Positions 12,650 to 25,400 of a stretch of DNA of 64,000 bases are shown here, piece by piece. A program made the position numbers and the translations under genes. The notes below the pieces were generated by a model that searched no databases, was not told the DNA's origin, and saw only the letters and a program-made list of their open reading frames with translations. The DNA is taken from assembly GCF_009914755.1 (NCBI RefSeq), contig NC_060930.1, one strand, 5' to 3'. The stretch's first letter is position 1. Every line of letters begins with the position of its first letter. This DNA is from the human T2T-CHM13v2.0 reference genome, Homo sapiens.

Positions 12650-13345
12650 ATTTATTCATTACTAACTTATATTTATTGAGCACATATTAAATGTCCAGGG
12701 CTACTCTAGATGCCAAGGACTCAATAGTAAATAAAACATAAAAGCCCTTGCTCTCTTAAAGCTTTCATTCTAATAAGGATAAACTAAATTTAAGCAAAAT
12801 ATACATAACGAGCCAAGTGCTATGGTGGAAAATAAAGGGTGATTGAAGGAAAGTGGGTGACAGCTTGGAGATATACTGCTATTTTAAGTCAGGCAGTCAG
12901 GAAGAGTCTTTTTGATGAGGTGACAATTGAGCAGAGACTTACAGAGGAGACATAGCGAGCCATGTGGATATATATACATATATATCTCTGAATACTCCTG
13001 TAAGTACTGTAAGTAAACACAACCCAGGAGCAAGAAGCACAGCTAATCCCCAGACACTGGGTTTCTGAATATATATATATATATCAGAATATATATATAT
13101 ATATATCAGAATATATATATATATATATATATCAGAATATATATATATATATCAGAATATATATATATATCAGAATATATATATATATCAGAATATATAT
13201 ATATATATCAGAATATATATATATATATATATATAGTGAAAATGTTCTAGATAGTGAGAACAGTAACAGCAAAGGCTTTGGACTCAATGCACACCTGCAG
13301 AATTCAAGAAGTAATAAGGAGCTTAAGTAAGAAAGTGAGCCGGGT
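12650..13345 (-). mobile_element. L2a 3' region, interrupted at ~12970-13235
   Basis: ATATTTATTGAGCAC...GAGGTGACAATTGAGCAGAGACTT...GAGCCATGTGGATAT, then resumes colinearly as AATGTTCTAGATAGTGAGAACAGTAACAGCAAAGGC. Confidence 0.8.
13068..13235. repeat. Compound (TA)n / CAGA minisatellite
   Basis: Seven TCAGAA motifs separated by variable-length (AT)n tracts. Confidence 0.95.
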
Positions 13346-13519
13346 AGTGTGGTAGCTATATTCTTAGGTCAACTCTTCTCCAGTTTTAAGTGGAGTTATA
13401 TCCTTAGATTAACTCTTCTCCATGTTTACATATGAAACACCTGGAATTTTGTATTCCTAAGCAGGTCCTTAGTGATGACAGTGATGTACACCAGGAGTCT
13501 AGAAGGTCTTAGGTGAAAT

Positions 13520-13965
13520 TATTGACACCATCCTTCTTCCCTTTCTGTGTTCACCTCTTTGCAATATGACTTTGCAGTTTTTTTTTTTCTAAAGGAGTAT
13601 AGTTTCCTGTCCATTCATTTGTGTATGGCCATATGAACTTAATCTGGTTAATGAAATGAAACAGAAAGGATGGTACCTTCGTACTGAGCTTAGGCCTTAA
13701 GATCCTTTTTGTGGTTCTGCTTCTCACTTAATTATGTCATTGCCATATAATGAGAGACACATGGAACCCATCTGAGCCTAGCTTAGATCACTGACCACCC
13801 CCAACCAACCCAGAGATGTGTGAGCAAGTCTGGTTGAGATTAGCAGAACTGCTCAGTCCAGTATAGCATATATCAGTTCACCAGCCACAGCCAACAGTCA
13901 CATGAGCCATTATAAGTCACTTTGTATTAAGCCACAGGGTTTTATGAGCAATAATAACACATACA
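13520..13965 (+). mobile_element. MLT1G-like MaLR LTR
   Basis: CTCTTTGCAATATGACTTTGCAG, GAGCTTAGGCCTTAAGA, GAGATTAGCAGAACTGCTCAG, TTAAGCCAC...ATACA. Confidence 0.7.
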
Positions 13966-14007
13966 TTTAAATAATGCTGTCATGGGAAATTTTAAAAATT
14001 CAATTAC

Positions 14008-14292
14008 TGCTGGGTGCAGTGGCTCATGCCTGTAATCCCAGCACATTGGGAGGCAGAGGCAGGCAGATCACTTAAGGTCAAGTGTTTGAAACCAGCCTGG
14101 CCAACATGGTGAAACCCCATCTCTACTAAAAATTCAAAAATTAGCCAAGTGTGGTGGTGTACACCTGTAGTACTCTGGAGGTTGTGGCAGGAGAATCCCT
14201 GGAACCCAGGAGGCAGAGGTTGCAGTGAGTCAAGATTGCGCCACTGCACCCCAGTCTGTGCAAAAGAGTAAGACTCCATTTCAAAAAAAAAA
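14008..14292 (+). mobile_element. Alu SINE, AluSx/Sz-like
   Basis: Dimeric Alu with short poly(A); AATTACT repeated on both flanks; small deletion in the right arm. Confidence 0.95.
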
Positions 14293-14739
14293 TTACTATT
14301 TATTTTGGAAGCCCACTAGTTTTTAAAGGTGTACTCAGAGGTATGAAGTACGGTTGACCAAGAATTATCTAATCACAAGAACTGTTTTTATTTATATTTT
14401 GAATCAAATTCCTCTTTAAACCAAAGTTAAATAGGCCATGAAATCTATCATATTTGTAAAATATGAAGTACTTTCTTATTTTGTTCAAGAAAAGATATTG
14501 ATATATTTCTGATGAAAAAAATAGTTGAATCAGCTGAACTTTATGTGAGTTACAAAAATCAGAAAATGTGAAAACAGAAGATCATGCTAATTTAGGATTG
14601 CCCAACAGCAGCAATGAATCAATATCATTGAATCAGGTTACTATCTTGATATCTATGCAGTACTTTATAGTTATTCAGCCAAAGTATAGAAAAACAACAA
14701 CTTAGAAGATGAAGTGGTATTGAATGGGAATTATAGGTG

Positions 14740-15415
14740 TCTGCATAAACATGATATAATGCATGATATAACTGCATATAATGTATTTATGTATGTACAT
14801 ATTTATAGGCATATATTAAGTTGGCTGCAAAAATGGTTGTTTTTGCCATTAAAAGTATTAACCAAAACTTCAATAACTTTTGTACCAAACTAACATCTAT
14901 ACCTCTATTTCATGCTCTCTGAATAGTCCTGGAAGTAAACACAACCCAGGGGCAATAAGCACAGCTAATCCCCAGACACTGGATTTCTGAATACCATTCT
15001 CTACTTAAAAGAACAAAAGAACTTAGGAAAATGGCTGATTTTAGGATGAAGGCAAAGAAAGTACATGACAACCCTAGAATATCTTGAATATCTTGCTTTG
15101 CTACAAAATAAATTCCACAACGATTGAAAGAAATATAATTAAGATACATAGAAACAAACTTAAAGGGACTCCCATTGGCTAAATTTGGAAAAGTTTGAGC
15201 TTCAAAATAAATAAGAAAGCAACAAAATATTCATGGAATAAAATAAGAATCTTTTATTGCTTGATTGAATCTAGTGTCTGCTAGCTTTTGCTAATACACA
15301 ATTATTGTACCCCTTTGACCTAATAAGTAATTTGAAGGGAAAATATTATTCATTTAGTTACTATTGTTCCTAAAATTACTTATTGATTTCAACGGGGTCA
15401 ATAGTAGCTGTACAG
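14740..15415 (+). mobile_element. L1MC/L1MD 3' UTR relic (hosts the MADE1)
   Basis: GCAATAAGCACAGCTAATCCCCAGACACTGGATTTCTGAATACCATTCTC...GAAAATGGCTGATTTTAGG resembles the recalled L1MC3/L1MD 3' UTR. Confidence 0.7.
14816..14893. mobile_element. MADE1 (Hsmar1-derived mariner MITE)
   Basis: 78-bp imperfect palindrome TTAAGTTGGCTGCAAAA...TTTTTGCCATTAAAAGTA...CTTTTGTACCAAACTAA preceded by TA. Confidence 0.8.
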
Positions 15416-15519
15416 TATTTTATTCCATGAATATTATTTTACACTCTTGTTTATTTTGATGAACAAAAATTCTCAGCTTTGGCCAGTGGAAGTCCTCTCA
15501 AGTTTGGTCATTTTAATGT

Positions 15520-16620
15520 GCATTTTATATAGTGAATTGACTTACACAATTGCAGGGGCTGTCTAAGTGGTCTCCTTAAGGTCATGTTTGTGTCCAGTGA
15601 TGGAACCTGAAGTTCACAGGGCACAGGAGAAAAATCAGGAGGGGAAGATCACAGCAGGATGGAATTCGAACAATACAAGCTAGAACTCCACAAGGATGGA
15701 CTAAAACCCTCCATGAGAAAGGACTGAAACCCATGTCTGCTCTTATTGCCCCTGACGTTGGTGAAAAGGGTATCTGGTAGAATCTGTTGCCTTCTGATCA
15801 TGAAGCTAAAAAACGCCGCCTTCCCCCACCCCCCTACACACACACACTCCTACCTGTTTCAGTAGTTAAAGAAGCTAAAGGAGGATACAGGGAAAGAGAG
15901 CAATTGCAGAACCAGGTACCGCTCCATGCCAACATGATAAGGCAGCAGACCAACAAGAACATTGCAACAAAATGTCCTCTTTATTCCTATCATCATCCAA
16001 ATCTCACAGAAATCTCCCTTGTGGCCCAACCTTAACAGAAATGCACAAGAAAGGGAATTCGGAGCAATGCAGTTCCCTAGCCTAGTAGAAACATTACAAA
16101 GCCACCTCTTGTAGACTTGGCATCATCCATGCACGTCTTTTACTATACTTAGTCTTGAAATAAAGTCAATATTAAAATTATAGTTCACCTAATATGATAA
16201 AACTATCTTTCATATAACTGAAAACACACTAACTCTTTCCTCACAAAAGGCTACAAAATGCCTTTTTGTTGTTAAATGATGTTCACTCTTCTCAAGCTGA
16301 TTTATACTTGGCCTATGATATCTTATAACTTAAATATGAACAAGTAGGGTTAAGTATTGTTAAGATATTTTATTTAGAGAGATAAGCAAATGAAGGCAAG
16401 AAAGCAAAAATATTTTATTAAGGTATGTAATCAAATTTATATCAAGATAAGAAAGAAACATTTATAACTATCAGTCCTTATTTCTATAATTGGTCAGGGG
16501 CTTGTATCTGATATTTATAACCACCTTCTTCCACTACCCATTCCATATTTCATTTGCCCTTATCAAGTACCTGAGTTGCTCGGTTAGCAATAATTCTTTG
16601 CCTGGTGGCATGAGTAAAGT
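15520..16620 (-). mobile_element. ERVL-class LTR plus adjacent internal 3' sequence
   Basis: GAATTGACTTACACAATTGCAGGGGCTG is LTR-like; CTTCTTCCACTACCCATTCCATATTTCATTTGCCCTTATCAAGTACCTGAG...TTCTTTGCCTGGTGG resembles the ERVL-int 3' end in reverse. Confidence 0.6.
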
Positions 16621-16649
16621 AGCTCTGTGCGTGTGTGTGTACTTGTACA

Positions 16650-17150
16650 TATACAGAATCAGTAAAGAGAGATCATCATATAGGAAAATATGAAAGAAAC
16701 ATTTAGCAATATGGAAAATAGAATAAAACATTTAACATATATCTTATTAGACTACCAGAAGAAGGAAATAAAACAAACAGGTGATATCAGTTGTGATAAT
16801 TTTCCAGGACTGGTGAAGAGCATGAATCTGCAGATCCAGGGATAATGCATATACAATGTTGGAAGAATATAAAAGAAGTCCACAAATAAATACATGATAG
16901 AGTAATGGCTAATGCAAGAGACAAAGAGAATCCCTTAAGAGCAGTTTGATGGAAAGGACAGACCACATACAAATAAGAGACATTAATAAATGACCAAAAT
17001 AAACCATAATAGAAGTAGCAGATAATGTATGAAAAATATTAATTTGAAAAATGGCTCAACATAGAATTATATACCAGAAAAATAACTATTAAAATTGAAG
17101 GATAAATAAAAAAGCAAAAACATTAAATACAGAAAAGTGTCATTTGAGAA
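16650..17150 (+). mobile_element. Ancient L1/HAL1 ORF1 relic
   Basis: A-rich, with degenerate ORF1-like motifs (AATTTTCCAGGACTGGTGAAGAGCATGAATCTGCAGAT; CAACATAGAATTATATACCAG). Confidence 0.6.
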
Positions 17151-17759
17151 AGCTAAGCTTTGGGGCTTTGCAAGGTCAATGTCATAGTAGGCAGAAGTAC
17201 TTTCTGAAACAACCTTAGCTTTGGGAACATAAAATAGACTATAATGTGAGAGTTCTCATTAACGGTCACTGGGGAACCATTGAGTCCTGAATCTTTGCAA
17301 GATGATCTGGCCAATCTCTGTCTCCTACACAGAAATATCCTCTTAGTGGTCCATGAAACCAACCTAATTACTAGGAGCAACAGAAAATAAATATGAACTA
17401 ACCTATGCAAAGACAACACAAAAGAACAAAATGAACCATATAATAGCTCAACCAACAAAAAAAAAGGCACGCCAGAACAATGTGGCCACCATGGAGCTGA
17501 AAACTGCAGCTACATGTTACAAAAAAATTAAAAGAAATAAATTGAAATATAAACTATAAGAGAATGGCGTACATCAAACATACCTCAGCTAAAGAGTGAG
17601 AAATTTAAAAAATAACAGAAGGTAAAAAGAGAACAAACAACATTCAAGAAAGAAGTTTTAAACAAATAAAAAAATTATAGATTTGTAGATAATTTATATT
17701 ATCTATACATATACAGTATAAAGGAGAAAAAGTATAATGACAGCAAATAAAAAGAAATG

Positions 17760-18255
17760 TGACAGAATTTTAGCAATAATATAAATAATGAGGGTTTTGA
17801 ATTGTAACCCATAGAATAAAATAATTAGTCTATGCTGATTTAAATAAAAGATTAAATAAACAAGTAGGAAAGAAGAAAAATAATGATTTTATTTATTAAA
17901 CGTGAAAAGAGGAAACTAGTAAATCATCAGTAGGCAAATCCCACAGCAGTAATTGCCGTAAGCCAGATCCAAGGATGGGTGCTAATATTAATGGGCAGAT
18001 ATTTGAAGAGAAAGAAGGTATCTTCAATGCCTCAACATATCTCCCTCAAAGTTTTTATTAAATCCAATGATGAAAATACTAACTTTACCGTGGAGAAACT
18101 TGACATTCAGTGCTTTAACCAAATGATCAAAGTTAACATCATTAGAAATAAGACTATCAACACAACATTATGTGCCTTCAGATATGATCCACAGAGAAGA
18201 GTGCATCATTAAATGGTGTTCTTGCCAAAATACACACCCTAAACTTACCATGAGT
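17760..18255 (+). mobile_element. L1MC 3' UTR relic
   Basis: TAACTTTACCGTGGAGAAACTTGAC...TTTAACCAAATGATCAAAGTTAACATCA. Confidence 0.7.
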
Positions 18256-19429
18256 AAGAACACCTAAACAGACAATTCATGAGAAAAGCAATGCACATGG
18301 AATGTCAATTTGTGACAATAAGTCTAACCCCACCCAAAATCTAAGAAATGAATAAAATTACATTTAGACCAGAATTTATATACTATGAAATTAGGACTGA
18401 CATGCAAACTACTATGAAATAGAAATGCCTACTGAAACAGTGCAAGAAGTATGGGGCTAATATTCAGGACAGGAAGAAAAGCCAGTTAAGCCTGGATTTG
18501 AGGGGCATGTTTCCCAAAACTTCTTCCAACTCCTCAAAAGTTAGTTGAGGGGTTGTGCAGCTAAGTGCAGCTTTCTCCGGACACATGGAACCAGGGAGAA
18601 AAAAAAATGTTCAGAATCTGACAAGGAGGGGAAAGCTTGTAAACAAATGTGGTTTGAAGAAGAATCATAACAGATTATAGTCTCAGAATAAATGTGAATT
18701 GGAAATAAACTTGATCTTACAGAGTGGGAAGTGTTTGCATCATCCAAATCTCCAGTGTGATTAAAATGTTCTGGATTTATTAATTCCTCTGGGTTCTAGA
18801 AAGAACCAAATATTTTTTAGTAAGATAACATTGTTGTAGGCCTCAAGTCCCTTCTACAATTTTAAATATACATCCTTTGGAATGCATCCAAAAAGAGCAA
18901 GTTCTAATATGAGACAAGAAGACAAGATAGAAAATCAACAGATCCAAGAGTTAACACCCATGAATTCAACATTAATTGCGCTGATGCATTCAAGGAAATA
19001 AGTGATAAGCTTGATTACTTTCTAGGACAAAAAGCAAATGAGAATCCTTGAACCAACAATTATGAAAACTTGAATTAATAACTGAAATTCTACTAGCAAT
19101 ATCTTATTTTTAGGCATGACATAGTTATTCTCAGTGTTAGCCCCATTCTCAGTTGTAGGTTTTCCCTTTGCACTGCACCTCAGAGTCTTCTTTCAGACCT
19201 CCCAGAAGTATTCTGTTGTTATTTTTACTTAATATTTGTTATCCTGGTCGGGTGGTCGGAGAGCAAGTAAGTATTTTCAGTGTCAGTGGGCCTAAAGGTT
19301 TTGGCCTTCACAATTGTTCCTCTCCCTTCCCTCTTCCTTAGCTGTAGTGCTGAGACTAGCATGTATTACTACCCCTCCTCCAAAGCTTGTTTTGTTTTTT
19401 AATATCCTATTCCCACAGCTGCAAAGGTT

Positions 19430-19700
19430 TTCAATTGTAGTTAGAGACATTAACACATATCTCTCAGTCACTGACAGAATACTGAGGGGCCGGTAGGTGG
19501 GGGGATTAGTAAAGATAAAGATCCAAACAACATAGTAAGAAAACTGGACCTTATTTAAATAGAATACTCTTAAGAACAACATAATACATTTTCATGTATG
19601 CATCGAACATTTACTAATATAAAACCATATGCTAAATTATAAGAAAGTCTCAATCAATATCAAAGGTTTGGAATCATGCAGATAAATAGGCAAATTACAA
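19430..19700 (+). mobile_element. L1M ORF2 endonuclease-region relic
   Basis: ATTGTAGTTAGAGACATTAACACATATCTCTCAG (IVVRDINTYLS, like [10 protein letters not shown]) and GAACATTTACTAATATAAAACCATATGCTA. Confidence 0.7.
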
Positions 19701-20105
19701 ATAAAGTTACTTAGAAAGTATCTTTAGCTGGATGATACTCACAACCGAGAAGGCATTTTTTGCAAGGGTTTTATATGAAGCAACTAAAATCAAATGATTC
19801 ACCAAACCTTTTAAAATAAGCAGTGGCAGAGGCATGATCTGATTGATAGACATTTTAAATGGGTCACTTGGGCTGCTCAGATAAGAACAAACAGTCAGAG
19901 GCTAGGCAACAGGAAGACCATTTACGAGGCTGTTTCAGTAACCCAGGTAAAACAAGATGGAGACTTGGACTAGGTTGGTGTCAGTGATATTGACCTAGCC
20001 CTCGTGTTAACTAGCCTAGGGAATTTAATAAAAGTGAAAAATATAGTCACTGCTTCTAAAAATTTTGAATTTAGTTTCTTATCATTATGTCTTCACTAAA
20101 ATACG

Positions 20106-20183
20106 TCAGTTTGAACCATATACAACTGTCATTTCTGAGGATGAAATGGTCAAATTTGTACAATTTCATTTTGTTCAACCTCA
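20106..20183. mobile_element. MADE2 mariner MITE
   Basis: Terminal inverted repeats TTGAACCATAT / ATTTTGTTCAACCT; ~78 bp; internal sequence fits the recalled MADE2 consensus. Confidence 0.65.
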
Positions 20184-20700
20184 TAAACTCCATTAAGGCA
20201 AGACTTTTATTCTGTTTTGTTCTCTACGATATCCCCAAAAACTAAAAACAAGGGATGGCTGTTACAAGAAACTCAATAAATATTTATTTAATAAATAAAT
20301 AGGCTTAACTTTTTTAATTGGCTTAATATAAAACCCAAATTTTGTTATGGTAATGTATTTAGTCATTCATTCTATATCTAGTAAATGTACACTTATTGAT
20401 TCATATATGGTTTATATATTGAACTTGGCATTGGGCAATTCAATATATTGTTCTTATATTGAACTTGGCATTGGGGAAACAAAATAGAAAATGGTCTCTA
20501 TTTTCAAGGAGCTGACATCCTGATGTGTGATAGAAACACACAAATAAAAGTTATTGCTACAGGGAATTTACTATACAAGTGTCCTGGAAGTACAGAGGAA
20601 ATTGCTTAACACTTCCTAGGAAAGCAATGCATATTTTGACAAAACATGACATTTTAATTAGGTCTTGTATAAATAACATTTCATGGTTAAAGAATTAGAA
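20184..20700. mobile_element. Two L2 3' ends, tail to tail (+ 20184-20300; - ~20360-20700)
   Basis: TAAACTCCATTAAGGCAAGAC...CTCAATAAATATTTATTTAATAAAT, then CATTCATTC...ATGGTCTCTATTTTCAAGGAGCTGACATC. Confidence 0.6.
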
Positions 20701-23700
20701 AAGCTAGTATCATCTGAAGATGCCTACAGTGGGAATTTCCATGGTCTTAATATGATTTTTTGAAATATTTTATACCATTGATTATCAATAAAAGATGTAA
20801 AAAGTCACAATATAGACTATGTCACCATTTAGATCTAAATAAACAGACGATTGCTTGGAGGAATAGTTGATACAGTGCAAAATTTTCTAATAATAAAAAA
20901 TAATATAAGACGTTTTCTTTAAGCCTGTGTTTATATAAAGACAAGAACTTTTTGAAGAGAATGCCTAAATTAAAAAAATAGGGTATGAGCAGAGATTTCC
21001 TAACTTTGATGCAAGAATTCCTGGAATTTATATTCAGGTAAATAGTGCAATTTGAGCACTTCAGTACTATCCTTGCAAAGGAATGTTGCAGGCTGACCTG
21101 TTTAGTGAACAATTTGAATTTAGAGGAAAATTGGTTAGCATCATTCTTTTAAGAAGAATGGCTAGGCTTCCAAAATAGGAGGACAGAAATAACAGAATAG
21201 GAAGGAAAAAAGTAGGTAGTGGAAATTAGGGATACTCAGGATGACTTTAGACTTGTCCTTGTGAATCTACAACATTTCAAGTTCATCTTATGTCTGTAAT
21301 TCAGCGGATTGTATTTTTACTGTCTCTATTAATTTAGTACCCTTCTAGAGAGTCCTTGTATTTGGTTTTAAATCTATTGACCTGGTTGTCAAAGATCCTC
21401 ATAAAAAGATTTGAGTTATAAGACAAGCACACCTGTGCAAACCATGTGCTTGCTTTCCACTTCATGTCATTCATCTTTAACGTTGTTACAAACCTAAACA
21501 AAGCATTGTGTGGGAATGGGAAAGGGCACTGGGCACTGAAGGAAGGAAAATTCCTCAAGGCAAATAATTTAACCACTTCCTGATATGCAGCTAAGTATAG
21601 AGCTGCTCTTAGAAATAGTTTATATTCAGATATTTTGTATACGCTGACCAAAGAGGATAAGGCAAACATATTGATACAGCAATGCACCCTAATAATCCAT
21701 CACTGTAACTCATCCAGGAGGGCTGGAGAAATTCCGCGGCAACCAGGTGAGCACCAAGAATTCTTTGGAACAAAGGGAATATAGGAAGAAAATAGTGTCA
21801 AATAGGTGATCGTGAAAATAGTTTACTTCTTCTGTTTATGGTAATTTCTGTTATTCTCATTCAGATAAACTATATTCTGAGGAGCTTATAGAGAAAAGCG
21901 TAGATGCCTAATGGAAACTGGACAAGGGTGCTTAGGTAGCTCTCCTATGGTGATAGAAATAGGGAACAAATAAAACTAAGTTATGTTTTCTTTCTCAATT
22001 CCAAACTTATACCTGTATCTTTAAAAACTTCATTCATACACAATTTCTTTAGTGGCAAGTAAAAAAGTGGATAAAGTTTCTGTCTGAGTAGCAGTGAACT
22101 TCCCTTTCCAGGAATGATATTACTTGAAGTTCTTTCCAAGTAATAATAATTTCAAAATATTGTTATTTATTTCTTGGTCACTTAGGCATAGGAGGAATTT
22201 CACCAGTAACTATGATTCCTGCAGAGCTAACCATAAGCAGAGAGGGTAAGGACTCTGTGCCTTCTCCGTGACAAGAAACACCAAAGATGCCCCAAGTTTA
22301 AAACTCCAGACAGGAAACTCACTTATTCGTCTTATTCGTTCAATAAATGCTTATATACTAAACACTTTCTTTTGAAGTGGATATAAGTAATGTTTGTGGA
22401 TTCAGATTAGTAGATGAAGATAATTAAACAGTGTTTTAAATGTAATATAATTAATAAGAGATGCTAGACTACAGTGGGACTTGTACAGAGCTCAATTGGT
22501 AAATAGTGAGGGAGAAGGAAATCAGGAACATTTCTCTATGGAGCTGATGCCTGAGCAAAATTTTTGAGAGTGAATAGTAGGTAATGAGGAAAAAGGGAAC
22601 AGGATAGCACATTTTAGTCAGAAGAAATAGCACAAACAGGGGCTTAGAGACATGAAACCTTAAGATTATTCAAAGTCATAAATATTTGAAAAATGTAAGA
22701 TAAACCATAACTAGCAATGGTGAAGATGCCCAGTCTAAGAGATAGAAAAATTTGGAAAAATGTAATAAAAATTAAATCGATGGATTGGCTGTTTTTTTTT
22801 CACACAAACATACATTTTTATATACACAACTATTACAGAAATATTGCTCTCAAGTTACCAAATACAAATAGTATTTTTAGTAGATTCCATCTATACAAAG
22901 TTATGCTCTCTATATCTGATATAGAATGTTTCTTTATATATTTCTGCAATACTTATGTTCTTTCTTTGTTTCTCAAATTTCTATTATATGTAGGTCAGAT
23001 TCCCTGAATTTCTCCTTGTCTATCACCAGTTTTGTTTTTGATGCTTCTGTTCTCAGTTCAGAAGAAGTTCTTCAGTTTATCTTTTACTTCTCTGGCACAA
23101 TCTTCAATCTGTTAATTCCATTGCATTTAAAAGTTACTAATTATGTGCTTCAGCACATAAAGATTGTATGTGTGTGCATGTGTGTACATGCTTTCAAGAG
23201 AAAGCTTTCATTCACCAATATGGATAATGCAATAGATAATGAATGTTCAGAAGCAGAAAGTCCATTTAGGTGCCTGCCTTCTAGTGAAGATACAAGTTAA
23301 CTAGGAAGAAATTCCAAAAACAGAGCAGCATAGGCATCTATCGTATTTCTTTTTAAATTCCTTAATAAAATATTTAAGACATTGTACTACCAGATAAAAA
23401 TGTGCTCCCCTAGTGGAAATCCATGATGATAACTGATTATATAACAAAACTTGAAGAAATTACTATATATATATATATTTTTTTTTTAAGAAAGCCTTTG
23501 TACATTAAAGGCTCCCCACACACCCTTCCAGGAGGAGAAAGATGTTAAGAGGGTATGAGTAGACTATCACTGGGACAGGCTCAGGAATCACTGGGATCAG
23601 AATACTTCTGTTTGTTGATTACAAGGTAGGAACACAATGAACACAATGGTGAATCCCTCAGATATGCCCCAGAAATAGTCACCTCTAGAAAAGACTAGGG

Positions 23701-24179
23701 TTTGCATCAATATCTATGGCACCTAGATCCTAGTTGAGTTTACCCATCTTAATGTTTCTTATCACTTATCTTAATCTGACAGGTCATCTCTTCCTAGGTG
23801 CTGCTGCTGTTGCTATTGCTATTGTTGTTTATCCCTTTTTGTCCTGGATCTGAACTTGGAAGACCGTTCCTAAAAGTAGTAATTAGGTATCCAGAACAAT
23901 CTTAGTCAGTGGGACTGACCTGAATTCCTATTTGACTGGATTTCCATTCATAAATAGAGTTTACAAAGTAAAGACAAAGAACCTATAAAAGCATCCTGTG
24001 AATCAAAAGAAGATGGCAGATTTTCTGAATACTACTAAGGACTTCATTTAGCATATGCACAATCCTATTAAAAGAAAAAGTAAACAAGTAAATAAGCAAA
24101 AATGTATTATCATCCTTCCTGTGTCAAGAGAGTACTCCATTTATACAGCCATAGAAAACTGCAATGAAGATAGGTAATT

Positions 24180-25400
24180 AAATGTAAGGAAGGATCAAAG
24201 AGAGTTGAAGGATATAATTAGTAACTTTTAAATGCAATGGAATTAACAGATTGAAGATTGTGCCAAAGAAGTAAAAGATAAACTGAAGAACATCTTCTGA
24301 ACTGAGAATAGTAGCATCAAAAACAAAACTGGTGATAGACAAGGAGAAATTCAGGGAATCTGACCTACATATAATAGAAATTTGAGAAACAAAGAAAGAA
24401 CATAAGTATTGCAGAAATACACAAAGAAACGTTCTATATCAGATATAGAGAGCATAACTTGATATAGATGGAATCTACTAAAAATACTATTTGTATTTGG
24501 TACCTTGAAAGCAATGCTTCTGTAACAGATGTGTATATATAAACATATGTGTGTGTGAAAAAAAACAGTTTAATACCAAGAATTATTAAAACACTTAAGC
24601 ATAATAAAAATGTCAAAAAATGTCCATTTTTAACAAGTAATCACAAAAGATCATGAAATCCAATCTCTATTGCTGAAGAGGTGAATGTACTTTTTAGTAA
24701 ATTATTGACTGTTAGATACTATATCTATATGATGAGAAATATTAACATGAGATGTCAATCAATATTACTCTCATGGTAAGATATTATATATTAGAGAACT
24801 TTTATCTAAAGTCGACCATTCAAACCACTATTTTTCTGTATTTTTATGATAATCCTAAAAACTAAAATAAAGACAAAGAACTAAAACTCAATAAACTAAT
24901 TTAAATATAAATATGAAAAAAGAGGGACAACTTACTCCTTTAGGCTTTGCAAATATAAGGGTTTCCTTAAAAATTCAACAGATCCAAAAATAAGTAGGTA
25001 ATTAATCAATAGGATCAATGTGTTGGCTGAGTACAATACAAATACAAAAAGAATCAGTACATTTCATATACAATAGTAATAGACACTTAAGAAATATAAT
25101 TTTTAAAAAGATTTTTACAATCATACCAGAACATTTGCAGATCTAAGGAAAAACCTTGAAAATAATTTTTCTACACTTATGTAACAAAATTGCATGCTCC
25201 ATACAGGGATATAAAATAGCAGTTGTTTAAGTGGAAGAAGTTAACATCTTCATAAATAGGAAGACTTAATAATAAATAATACCAATCTCATCTAAATAAA
25301 TTCTGTAATTTACACAGTTCAAAAAAACCTAGAATTTAAATTTTTTAACAATTTGGAAATATTTTAAACTTTATCTGGAATAACAAATCAATGAAGGGAG
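24180..25400 (+). mobile_element. Highly diverged L1M ORF1/ORF2 fragments
   Basis: A-rich; ORF2 RT-like stretches (AAATACAAAAAGAATCAGTACATTTCATATAC; TCATAAATAGGAAGACTTAATA). Confidence 0.55.

Noticed and set aside
22717-23300. Overlapping 96- and 124-aa ORFs
   Set aside because: Composition typical of T-rich antisense L1 relics; no domain or splice support.
23403-23417. CTCF-like motif (CCACTAGGGGAGCA on the minus strand)
   Set aside because: Mismatches at the conserved GC positions of CCASYAGRKGGC; too weak without ChIP data.
23422-23456. C/D box snoRNA-like ATGATGA...CTGA
   Set aside because: The boxes are only a few nt apart, with no terminal stem or suitably spaced D box.
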